A DNA stretch of 64,000 nt, taken from positions 86,361-150,360 of IMG/VR virus record IMGVR_UViG_3300022891_000002; one strand, given 5' to 3'. The translations under genes and the position numbers were made by a program. How positions within the stretch are numbered: position 1 is the stretch's first letter; every line of letters starts with the position of its first letter. This DNA is from a virus. The notes below the pieces were generated by a model, which was not told the origin of the DNA, did not search any database, and saw only the letters and a list, made by a program, of their open reading frames with translations. This document shows, in pieces, positions 54,178 through 64,000 of this stretch.

Positions 54178-56058
54178 GTGGCTGTTTTGTTTTCAGCTTA
54201 ACATGATTATTCTTCTTCTATCTCTTCAAGGACATCTAACAGCCAGTCAGGATTATCATTTTCAAACCGTTCTAAATAAACCCTCATGATATCTTCGTAA
54301 CTGTCATAACCATCATAATCATCTCTAGAAATTCCTATCTGTCTAGCAATCTTCCAAAAAGCATCGTATATCTTATAAAAACAACGCTCTCTGTAATCTG
54401 TATCATCTTCCTGTGTATCTGCTTGTTGGTTAGCAGCATTTAGTAGCTTATGTAATTTCTCTAACTCCTTCTTTGTAGATTGAACTTCTTCAGATTTAAG
54501 AGTCATTGATTTTCTCCTAAGTAAATACGTAAAGAACTAGAACTAACTAATCTACAATAATAAACGCTATTCTCGAAGATGAACTATTTTGTCATTTGTA
54601 AAAATACATTCTACATCTTGCTCTGTAATAATCCTGATTTGAGTATCCGAGAACTTTTGAAGTTTAGTAACAATATTTTCCTCTTCACAGTACGGAAGAA
54701 AAACAACTTTATCACCAATGCACAAATCTCCTACCCTTTTTTGTCCTAGGTAACTCTTTTTTTACCCATCTTCCTTTCAAAGTAAAAAGTTTTCACTTCT
54801 CCCAATGTAAGCCCAAGAACATCTCCAAATAATTCATGAATATTTTTAAGTTCTCTATTTAGATAAGAAGGTAAATCTAACACATGAATATTAGGTTCAC
54901 TCTCTAGTAGGCTGTCTAAATATGGATATAGGGCTGAACAATCTACCTGTTGAGTCGTCATAGTTTCTTCCTCTTTCTTGTTGTTACATATATAAGTAAC
55001 TTCTGCGTCACCTAAATAAATTAAAGGTTTTTCAGTTTCTTCTGTAAAAATTACAAATAACAGATATCTACTATATGCTTCATCTTCCTTCGTTTCGATA
55101 CTAGAAATAGTGCTAATCCCTTTACTTCCAGCGAATATTACTACATCTCCAACTTCTAACTCATCTACTCTCTTAGTATCTGTCATGGTTTTCTTCCTTT
55201 TAGTTTGGTTAATAGAGGTTAGTTACTTCCCTCTAAAATGGATTACTTACAGTATCTCTCTCTTTCTTTTTGTTGTACTATTTTCACAAGGTCAAGTAAT
55301 TCTTCTAAAGTTTCTTTATCAGTGACAGAAACTCGTAACTCAGTATTGTCATCTTGTAAGTAATGAACCCTATCAACTACTTTATCTTGAAAATTAATAC
55401 AACCTCCTTTGTAAAAAAGCTCATAATCAACGTAATCCCCTATATTAGGAATACATTGAGTCTTCCCTTTAAACTTAGGGTCTAAATAAGAAAGATGAAA
55501 GCCAACTTCAATGAAATAGATATCGTACTTCATGGTTTCTCCTAGATAAGTAGTAATTTAACGTCGTTGCGGACAGAAAGTTTATTAGAATTTAGAGTAG
55601 AGTTCTTTTTTCCAATTCTTTCTACTAACAGCGTTTTCCCAAGCTTCTTCTTCTGTATCTCCAAAACCTATAAGCTCATACATATCCACGTAATTAAAAT
55701 CTCTTGTAATCCCCTCAATACCCTCGTGTGTTGAATTTAAGTGGGCAATCTCATCCATATCTGATTTACAGATAACATAGTCATATATACCTGTGTGACC
55801 TGTTCTACATTCATATCCTTCTTTTTTCAAGCTAAGAATTGTGGCTTCTACTTCTGGTTTTTTAACCTCTCTTTTTAACTGCCTGACTTTATTTTCTAAT
55901 TGATTCATAGTTTCTCTAGCTTCTTTAACAGCCTTATATTCAGGAGTTTTCATTAGAAAATTCTGTAAAGAATGAAATATACGTTCTGCATCACGCAAAT
56001 CATCTTCAGCTTTATCTAAAGGACTAAGTGAATCTTTATAGTCAGTCATAACTTTCTC

Positions 56059-56256
56059 CTACTTTGGATAAACTTGATTGGTTAACGTTAATCTAATTCT
56101 TTCTAACTTCTCAATGACTTCTTTCTCAAAAGTCATCTTCTTACATTTACTACAGATATAAGTAGGAACTCTTAATGTTAGAGATTGGTCACTACCTTTG
56201 ATAGTTAGTAGAGTTTTAGTTAAGTAGATATCTCCTCTACACTTAGGACACTTCAT
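56059..56256 (-). CDS. YgiT/MqsA-type zinc finger protein
   Basis: MKCPKC...VP...CSKC....F...V.EKLE. Confidence 0.75.
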   Translation of the reverse strand: MKCPKCRGDIYLTKTLLTIKGSDQSLTLRVPTYICSKCKKMTFEKEVIEKLERIRLTLTNQVYPK

Positions 56257-57716
56257 CTAAGGAGTCTCTATAATCCAAATTACTAGGATATTTAATTTCT
56301 AGTATCTTTAACCAACCTACTTTTTCTTTGTATATTACAGGTAATAAAGCTTTTAGTCTATCTTCCCAATACTTCTTCATAGTTTCGTACCTAGAGAAAG
56401 GTATATTCTTCTCTAGACAGTAAGTTCGTAACCAAGTAAGGTAGTTTACACAACAGCCCCATTCATCTTCTACGTTTTTCTCAAAATAGTAATCATTATC
56501 CGAGCCATCAATAGGGATAGTCATAATAGCTAATCTCCCCAGTAAACCCAGTTGTTTCCTGCTTCCCTTTTTATATAGTAATTCTCAAGCATATCCATAT
56601 AAGTAAGAACCTGATGTAAGAAACCTTTGTTAAGTGCTTCATCTGCTCCTATCACATCTTCTGTAATATCCCAAGCTAGATTAGAAGTAATAGAACTAAT
56701 ACCACAGTTACCTAGGTCAGATAGAAATAATTCCTTGACCTCCGTTACTAATTTAGTCTTCTGTTCTAAAGGTGTAGGTTCTTCAATGTCCTTCTCGTAC
56801 TTACCCTCTTTGATTAGTAGAGTAATGTGAGAAATAGCTTCAGTTAAGTTACTCATTTTCAGTAAACTCCATAATATCATTAAGTAACTCTACATATTCA
56901 TCCGTATATTCAGAATCCGGTATTAGTTCATCTACTTCAGTTTCTTTAACGCCAAGTTCAGCTATTACTTCTTGAGGTGAGGTACTCTGTCTTATACTTA
57001 CTTCTACCGGGCATATAACTAAAGTAGAGTTAATGCCAGAAGTATCTACTATAGTGTAGTCTCCATCCTTTGTACCTACACTACTACCCCAATACTCAAT
57101 AGGTTCTTTATTGATAGTAATGGTGCTGAGGTCTATAGGTGAGTCAAAATTCTCATGACTAACAGGACTTGTATCTTGTATCTCAACTACTTCCTTAACA
57201 AACTCTATAACTGAGCTATCTAACTCATCTACTTCCTTAAGTGGGATAGATAGAACATACTTATCTACTTCTTTTTCCTTTCTTTCTTTCGTACTCATCT
57301 TAGAAGGAAAAGTATCCTCGAATAGTAGATATATAGTATCTTCTCTAGCTATTATTTCTAACTTACCTTTCTTACTACATAAGATACGTAGATAATGGAT
57401 GACCTCAGTAGGTAGTTCTTTAGTAACTTCTAATATCTGGTAGTCACACTGAAAGTCTATGAAGAAACAAGATGAGTCTAAGATATAGTAAATTCTAGCT
57501 ATACTATCTCTTACTTCTAGAACTACTGATTTAAGTGTCTTATCTACTCCTAACTCTTTAAGACAAAAGATAGGTTTATAGATTCTAGGGTCGTTCCAAA
57601 TTACTCTTGCTACTATTGTTTGAAGTTTATCAGGTGAGTAAGTGTGAACAGGGGTAACGTAACCTACTCCTAAACTATCTACCTTACTTTGAATTTGCTC
57701 TTTTAAAGTAGGCATC

Positions 57717-58391
57717 TTATTCTTCTTCCTTTACTAATGACCAGCCCTTAGCAGATTTTCTTCTTCCGCTTATTAAATGACCAATTTCATAATGTTTTAA
57801 ACCAAAAGTATCTACGAATTCTTTTTGAAACATAGTAACTGTCCCATGAGTTTTATGGCTTAGTGTAACTATCTTCTTAGGTTTACAATTCCTCTTAGTA
57901 GTAACTTTTACGTACTCATCTTTGTTTTCTGCTAGAACCCAACCTTTTAAGCACTTATTTCTTTTACTTAGCAGCCACCTAACGTCAGCTAAATCAGGAT
58001 ATAGACTAGCTAATTCTGCTCTAGTACTAGATATAGTACCATAAGAGGGATGATATAGACTTACAATTTCAGGATTGTAGCTAGGATTGGCTTCTCCTTC
58101 AAAGGAATTATCTGCTAAAGTGTTGTAACCTTTGAGAGGATTGCAAGTATCTAAATCTGCAATAAAATACTTTTCATAGAAATCTACTTGGTCATACTCG
58201 ACTTCCTTTAGGACGTACCATTTCCAAAACTCAGAAGAATAACATCTAAGAGCTTTAGCAAATTTATGATTCTGTTTAACGGTTTTTCTAAAATGTTCTT
58301 CCTTTCTAATATCTAGCGACCTGATAGTTCTGCCCACGTACTTCTTACCACTGAGAATATTTTCAGCACAATAGATAACAGCAGTAGGCAT
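57717..58391 (-). CDS. GIY-YIG homing endonuclease
   Basis: VIY...N...GKKYVGRT, R..EH, E..FI, GYN; repeated KGW C-terminal DNA-binding units. Confidence 0.85.
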   Translation of the reverse strand: MPTAVIYCAENILSGKKYVGRTIRSLDIRKEEHFRKTVKQNHKFAKALRCYSSEFWKWYVLKEVEYDQVDFYEKYFIADLDTCNPLKGYNTLADNSFEGEANPSYNPEIVSLYHPSYGTISSTRAELASLYPDLADVRWLLSKRNKCLKGWVLAENKDEYVKVTTKRNCKPKKIVTLSHKTHGTVTMFQKEFVDTFGLKHYEIGHLISGRRKSAKGWSLVKEEE

Positions 58392-58406
58392 GACTTTTCT
58401 CCTTAA

Positions 58407-58964
58407 CTAATTGACAAACTTAACTAACTGATTAATCAAATTTTCATTCTTCCGGTCATATATTTCTTTTCTATTGTTGATAATTACACCATCATTGTTT
58501 TTCTTGAAGTAACTATGAACATAAGACTCTGTGTATATTTCAGGATGAGGCTCGGATAAATCACTCTCTATATAAACAGATTGAAATCTTACGTCTGCAC
58601 ATTGTCTAAAAAAAGTAGCTTCATAAGGAAACCTGACCCCCACAATGACAAAATTAGTTCTGCCTAACTCTACTAATTCCAACATCTGAGTTCTAACTAC
58701 TTTACAGTGAAAGTTAATATCTAGCTCTTTTAACTTCTCTGCAATAGTTATAATCTCAGGTCTAAAAAATTCTTTAGTTTTTCTATCTTTTAATTCTTCT
58801 ATCTTTAGACCTGTTTTCTTACATAGAATCTCTTTAGCTAATCCAGCTAGTTCTAACTTTTTATAACCCCAATTCTCTACTAATAAATCAGCAACTACAT
58901 CTTTACCGCTTTTTCTATTTCCAGTCAAACCAATAACTTGAATTCTTTTCTTAGTCATACCCAC
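58407..58964 (-). CDS. Deoxynucleoside monophosphate kinase
   Basis: IGLTGNRKSGKD P-loop, VRFPYE, TES. Confidence 0.8.
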   Translation of the reverse strand: MGMTKKRIQVIGLTGNRKSGKDVVADLLVENWGYKKLELAGLAKEILCKKTGLKIEELKDRKTKEFFRPEIITIAEKLKELDINFHCKVVRTQMLELVELGRTNFVIVGVRFPYEATFFRQCADVRFQSVYIESDLSEPHPEIYTESYVHSYFKKNNDGVIINNRKEIYDRKNENLINQLVKFVN

Positions 58965-59538
58965 CTACCTCTTGGATAATAGAACTGACTTTTCTAAGAC
59001 TTTCTTTTCTTTGTTCTTTTATTAGTAACTCTTTAACTCTATTAATCTCTTCATCGGTGTGAACAACTCCACCAGTATTTAAATCTAAGTAGAACTGTAA
59101 CAACTCTTTTCTAGTAGATAGGTCATTAATGTAAAACTTAAAATTTAGTTCTGAGCTTAGTCGTTTAATTCTCTCACCTTCTCTAGTGAAGTCTTTTCTA
59201 TAAACTCCATTGAAGATAGGTAACTCATCTCTTAGAAATCTTCTTACTGACTCTAATCTTTGCTTACCATCTACTAAACTCATTTCTCCTTTGAAGTCAG
59301 AGAACCAACCGGGATGGTTAAGTATGACGTGTCTATTGTGTTTCCCTCCTTTTAAGACATACTCAACATAAGCAATCCTTTTATCTTCAGACCAAACGTG
59401 TCCTCTTTGAAAATCAGGGTCTAAATTTAAGTTATATTCACTGATGTATCTTTGAATTTGAGCTTCTAAATCATTCCAAGTAACATCACAAGAATATTTA
59501 CCCCAAGCTGAAAATCTAGGAATATCTGACCATTCCAT
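58951..59538 (-). CDS. DUF262 (ParB-like/GmrS N-terminal) domain protein
   Basis: PDFQRGHVW, VDGKQRL, LNTGG. Confidence 0.9.
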   Translation of the reverse strand: MEWSDIPRFSAWGKYSCDVTWNDLEAQIQRYISEYNLNLDPDFQRGHVWSEDKRIAYVEYVLKGGKHNRHVILNHPGWFSDFKGEMSLVDGKQRLESVRRFLRDELPIFNGVYRKDFTREGERIKRLSSELNFKFYINDLSTRKELLQFYLDLNTGGVVHTDEEINRVKELLIKEQRKESLRKVSSIIQEVGGYD

Positions 59539-61397
59539 ATCTACTCCTATTCTTTACTATTTTGGTCTAGAACCCAGTTGTAAAAGCGTGACCACATCTC
59601 TTTATCACAATTCATTCCCATATCCCGGTCATTATCAAATTCCCAAGCTAAGTCTTTTTGAATTATGACCCTATCATTCTTAGTTAGAAGATGCCAGTTA
59701 GCTTTAGTCGCGTCTACTATTAAAGACGGCATATAACTCATCCGTCCAAAACAATAACGTAAAGCACAAACAGTCAAAGAACCAAATTCTTGAATTTCCA
59801 TAGTTATCCCCAAATATCTTGTACATCTTCAGCATTGTCTAAGCATAAATGCCTAGGATTTTCAAACTCCTCCTCTACGCCTGGCTCGTCATTAAAAGAT
59901 TCGTAATAGCTAAGGTCTATTACAAAATTCCCGTATTCTTTAGTAGAGTGATACCAACTACCTTCTCTCCACCAAGCAAAATAAGCAGTTTTACAAGTAG
60001 GACAATCCCAGCGAGTACCTATGACTGGAGGACTTTTATAGTATCTACGAAACTCAATAGGTTTACCTCTTAAGTCAGATAAACGAAGAATGTTACCACA
60101 GCATTTAGACTGACAAAGATTTCTACTCATATTTACTCCTTAATTTCCGTATCTCTATACTCTTCCGGTAAAGTAGTAACTAACGACTTTATTAGGTCAG
60201 CCCTTTTTACATCTTCTTGGTACTCAACATCTTCCTCTTCGTTTTCTCTTTTACATTCATCAGGATAAAAGATAATCTTCTCCATTCTCAAGTCATTATG
60301 AACAATTAGTAGATGTGTCCAAGGTTCTCCTTTCTTTTGTTCTATTACTGCTTTATCTGGATAAAGTGCTTTTTTAGCAACTACAACTTCACCATCTTCA
60401 GATAAAACTCCATATTTAACTCTTACAAAATCATAGAAGTCTAGAAAGTCGTAAGAATAGACTTCTAGCTCATATCTATAGCCTGTAGTTAATCCCGCTG
60501 CTTCTAGCTTTTGATGATTATTTAGAGGTAATTGGAATGCTTTCTCTTTAACTCCTAGTAAGAAAGTAATGTGTAGAATATCTGGATTCATTGACTCATA
60601 TCCTCAATAAAGAACAACCTCCACCCATTAAGAGCAAAGGTATATACTAATCTTTATAAATTTCCACCATCAAAGCTTTTAAGACATCAGAATTCAGAGT
60701 TAGAGAACAGTATTCTCGTATCAGACTAGCGACTATTTTTAAATCTTTTTCAGCATTGCCCGTAGGATTAGGTACAGGTATACTAGCTAGTTTGTAATCC
60801 AGTAGTTCTTTTTCATTTGCTTTATTTGATGCTTTACCAAGTTGAGTATAAGCTTTTACAATTTGCTCGTCTGGAACATCTGCAAGAGTAGATTTCATGT
60901 TAGTAAATATATAGGTTGACTGAATAGTTTTAGGTCATTTCGGACACGAATCCACTAAACTTCTCTAAGTTACTACATACCTCATATATTTCTGGTACTT
61001 ATCTACTAACATTTGTCCTACTCGAGGATTACTTTTACATAGCTCTCGAATACGTTTCATCTGTTCTTGATTAGGTAAACTACCTTCCGTACTATTCAAT
61101 TGTATTAGTATGTGTCTATTGTGTTTACTCATGACTTTCTCCTTAAGGTTATCCACTTTACCACCGTTAACTAACAAAGACTAACTCAGACTCTACTACT
61201 TGGTAATGTTCCTTCAAATGTCTAAGCAACTCAACTTTTCCACACTGATTATACTCTCCTAAACATTCGTGATTAGCATCTCTTGAGTCAACAGCTTCCA
61301 CTAAGTAACTATCAAGAAAAGAACAATCCGCTAAACCATCTGGATTCCAAGGATAAGTAGTTACTTTGAATCTTCTTTCTAGTTCAGTCATAGATTC

Positions 61398-61694
61398 CTC
61401 CTGAGTTAGTTTGACCTAGGTTAGTAACCTCCCTAGATATTGAGACTTCTAACGTACTAACTTAGCAATCTCTTCTTCTAAGATTTCTACTGTATAGGGA
61501 AACCTCTCGTAGTGTCGCTTTGCTCTTTCAACTACTAAAGAAACTTTATCAATAGGTACGTCAGGAGCGTTACCCCAAACTCTTTTAACGTGATTGATAT
61601 GAGCTTGAAAGAAAATCTCATCCGAAACATCTTTATAAGAAATCATAGTTCTTCTCCTGAGTTAATTATTAATCTAGGTTAGTCACTCCCCTAG
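61398..61694 (-). repeat. Duplicated intergenic hairpin plus RBS leader (61398-61436 and 61654-61694)
   Basis: CTCCTGAGTTA..CTAGGTTAGTAACCTCCCTAG and CTCCTGAGTTA..CTAGGTTAGTCACTCCCCTAG on the plus strand. Confidence 0.75.
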
Positions 61695-61703
61695 TAGAAA
61701 GTA

Positions 61704-62273
61704 TTAATCAAAAACTACTTTACATCCTGGTAGTACACCAAATAACGTATCTACATCTTTCGGAGTAACAGAAGTACCTGATAAGTTAATAGATACTAGA
61801 TTAGTTAGCTTACTAAGACTACTAATATCAGATACTCTACTATTACCTCTAAGTCCTAGACATCGTAAATTAGTTAGGTTACTAAGAGGTGTCACATCCT
61901 TAAGTAGGTTAAGACCTATATATAGTTCCTCTAATGTTCGTAACTTATCAATACTTTCTACGCTACTAATGTTATTACCTATTAGATTTAAGTGTTGTAG
62001 GGGTAAGTCATATAAAGGAGTAAGGTCACTTATCTCATTATCATCTAAGACTAGGACTTTGACTTTAGTTAAGTACCTCAGTGGCTCTAAAGACTTAACA
62101 CTAGAGTTTTGAATCACTACCTTATCTAGATTTTCATAATAATATGCAGTATCTTCAGGAATAAAAGCTGGTGATTTACTGAACATCACTTCTAATGTAT
62201 GTTTAATATCATCTTCTTGAGAATCAATGTTTCTGAATAAGTCTAGTAGATTAGTCATTATTTGGCTCTCCAT
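61704..62273 (-). CDS. Leucine-rich repeat protein (internalin-like)
   Basis: Repeated LxxLxLxxNxIxDLxPL units. Confidence 0.9.
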   Translation of the reverse strand: MESQIMTNLLDLFRNIDSQEDDIKHTLEVMFSKSPAFIPEDTAYYYENLDKVVIQNSSVKSLEPLRYLTKVKVLVLDDNEISDLTPLYDLPLQHLNLIGNNISSVESIDKLRTLEELYIGLNLLKDVTPLSNLTNLRCLGLRGNSRVSDISSLSKLTNLVSINLSGTSVTPKDVDTLFGVLPGCKVVFD

Positions 62274-62646
62274 GTATTTCTTTTAAAAAGTTAGCAAATT
62301 CTTCTTGACTTTCTTTTCTCTTTTTAATGTAATCTGAGAAGTATAACTCTACTTCTGATTGAGATATTTCAATAGCAGTGTCCTCATCTTTAGGCATAGT
62401 TACTTTAAAAATTTTATAGTCTAAGTCTAAGTAGAAATCGGGAGTATTTAGTAGAAAATTAACTAAAGCTAAAATACTAGAGTCTTCTACTAAAGCAAAT
62501 AGATAAGTCAAAGGTTCACTATCTACTGCTAGACCTAAGTAGATTTGTTCTTTCTGATTCTTACAAGAAAAGAACTGAGGAGTATCATAGAAGTCGTAAA
62601 CCTCAATATACTCCAGAGTTCCTAATATAGTGTTTTCAGGTAGCAT
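62251..62646 (-). CDS. DUF6575-like protein
   Basis: LGTLE..EVYDFYD.P..FSC.N....YL. Confidence 0.55.
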   Translation of the reverse strand: MLPENTILGTLEYIEVYDFYDTPQFFSCKNQKEQIYLGLAVDSEPLTYLFALVEDSSILALVNFLLNTPDFYLDLDYKIFKVTMPKDEDTAIEISQSEVELYFSDYIKKRKESQEEFANFLKEIHGEPNND

Positions 62647-63184
62647 TAAAAAGCAGTCTCAACTAAACGATAGTTATTAGATATGAGTAGAACTACTAAC
62701 TTTTTAGTACATTCTCTGCACAGCTCAATAGTTTTATGTCCAGTAGGTAACTTAATCTCTCCGTAAAAAGGAGAACCATTCCACTTATTATCTAGAATTC
62801 TTTCTCTGCGTTTATCACATTCAGTATATTCTTCTACAATTTCTACTTTCTTAGTTACTTGAACTTCCATTATCAGTTACCTCTTTATAGCCAAACACAT
62901 AGTAGCCCCAACCATTAGAAGAGTTACATCCACCTATTACACACTCAATCTTCACGGGTTTATTCAGAGCTGCTTTTAACACCTTTTCCCAGTAATCAAT
63001 ATCAGACTCCCCAGGTTCTTGTCTCATCTTGTAAGACCAATCAATCAACCTATCGCTGTAATTCCAGCTTAAGCTTTTTAAAACTTCAGAACTAGAATTT
63101 GCTCCATAAACAATTTCTTCTTTACCGTTTTGAAATCTGGGATTGGAGTAGTGAATGAAAGGTAAGTTAGTCATTATAGTTCTC

Positions 63185-63694
63185 CTAAGCTTGTAGTTGT
63201 TCTAATGCCTTCTTTACAGATTCCCTTAATTCAACTTCTGTTACATCAAACTCAAGGTCAAACAATTCACTTTCCTCATCACAGTAAGCATCTACATCTC
63301 CAAATAACTTATCTAAAACTTTGAACTCCTTATCTGAACTAAACTTCTTTTCCTCTTTAAACTTTTCTAGAAAACTCTCTCCAAACTTATCCACTGAAAT
63401 TCTTTCTTCTAAAAACTCAGTAAGCAACTCTACATAAGACATAGCAAACTCCTTTTGACAACTAATGTACTTATAACCTAGTTCTAGATATCGTTGAGCA
63501 GTTGCAAACCCTCTACTGTTTCTAACTCCGGGTATTTGAAAATCAGGTTTTTTATGAGTAGCTTGAGCATAGCTAACCCAAGCAAGCTTATTCTCTGAGT
63601 TCGTCTGTAATACTTGTAGAAATAGATATCCGTCTGAACCGCGTTTCCATCTTAAAAGCTTGAGATTCTTATCGAAAGCAATTAACTTTTCCAT
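63185..63694 (-). CDS. Unknown N-terminal domain plus colicin-D-immunity-like domain (internal start at 63442)
   Basis: Y..LL..FL...IS.D.F...FL..FK.E...LD.LF.DVDAY...E.ELR..V..AL; AAGGAG 6 nt before the internal ATG. Confidence 0.7.
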   Translation of the reverse strand: MEKLIAFDKNLKLLRWKRGSDGYLFLQVLQTNSENKLAWVSYAQATHKKPDFQIPGVRNSRGFATAQRYLELGYKYISCQKEFAMSYVELLTEFLEERISVDKFGESFLEKFKEEKKFSSDKEFKVLDKLFGDVDAYCDEESELFDLEFDVTEVELRESVKKALEQLQA

Positions 63695-63695
63695 T

Positions 63696-63971
63696 TTAGT
63701 TAGGCTCTTTATTCAATTCTTGACAAAACTCCAGATAGTCCTCAACAGATTTAGCAAATTCTATCTTGGCTTGTCTAACGGTGTCAGCTTTGAAAGTAAC
63801 TACATCTTGAATGTAAAGAACTCTACCATAAATAGAATCCGTCTCTACATCTACTTCCATTGCTCCGGAGTAGTTTTTGTACTTAATAGTTTGAGTAGTA
63901 ATTCTTTCTGCATGACCTGAGTTAGTTACTTGAGATAATAAAGCTTCATCTTTTAGATAACTATTTACCAT
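63696..63971 (-). CDS. hicB: HicB antitoxin N-terminal domain, truncated before the DNA-binding domain
   Basis: KYKNYSG..EVD..TD..YGRVL.IQDVVTF.ADTV.....EF..SVEDYLEFC.ELNKEP. Confidence 0.9.
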   Translation of the reverse strand: MVNSYLKDEALLSQVTNSGHAERITTQTIKYKNYSGAMEVDVETDSIYGRVLYIQDVVTFKADTVRQAKIEFAKSVEDYLEFCQELNKEPN

Positions 63972-64000
63972 TTCAGCTATTTTTGGGTATGCCTTTCTAT

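Larger units (their letters stand above)
1..64000. other. Segment of a large AT-rich lytic phage genome, probable cyanophage
   Basis: Dense co-oriented small ORFs with overlapping stop/start codons; phage replication and nucleotide-metabolism genes plus a portal; no host housekeeping operons and no integrase seen; several cyanobacterial-type accessory domains. Confidence 0.9.

Noticed and set aside
11433-63920. Short plus-strand ORFs in the track (e.g. 11433, 11988, 28711, 29654, 32716, 35301, 51117, 63660)
   Set aside because: They are antisense shadows of well-supported minus-strand genes, with Ser/Leu/Phe-rich composition and no motifs.
1-64000. CRISPR array, tRNA or rRNA genes
   Set aside because: No regularly spaced repeats or cloverleaf sequences seen; most larger gaps are explained by small ORFs or hairpins.
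1-64000. Stop-codon reassignment, suggested by frequent TAG/CTA words and many tiny ORFs
   Set aside because: Conserved genes are full length in the standard code, and TAA, TAG and TGA all end genes at coupled junctions.

Overview
This window looks like a 64-kb internal segment of a large, AT-rich lytic dsDNA phage genome, most likely a cyanophage (inferred from cyanobacterial-type HigA, BrnA, HicB and DUF262 pieces and a P-SSP7-type ribonucleotide reductase). Almost all genes lie on the minus strand as tightly coupled small ORFs. Recognisable core genes are ThyX, dUTPase, RNR alpha/beta, PolA, Sak-like annealase, AAA helicase, primase, PD-(D/E)XK exonuclease, SSB, RuvC, dNMP kinase and a GIY-YIG endonuclease. 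Only four convincing plus-strand genes occur: two paralogous origin-binding-type SF2 helicases, a portal and an Acb2/Tad1-like protein. Two candidate undescribed systems stand out. (1) A library of toxin-less antitoxin and immunity domains: about 19 diverged HicB-like modules in about 16 genes, plus HigA, a BrnA-DUF2442 chimera, an MqsA-type Zn finger, macro, NADAR-like, SpoT-HD, SMI1/KNR4, colicin-D immunity and a dead DUF262. (2) A 1.92-kb helicase-only cassette bounded by two 60-bp hybrid palindromes whose arms re-pair like attL/attR, lying in a cluster of similar palindromes that may be the replication origin. The PolA also carries unusual paired substitutions at the E710/Y766-equivalent positions. 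All family assignments are from motif recognition by eye; no searches were run.
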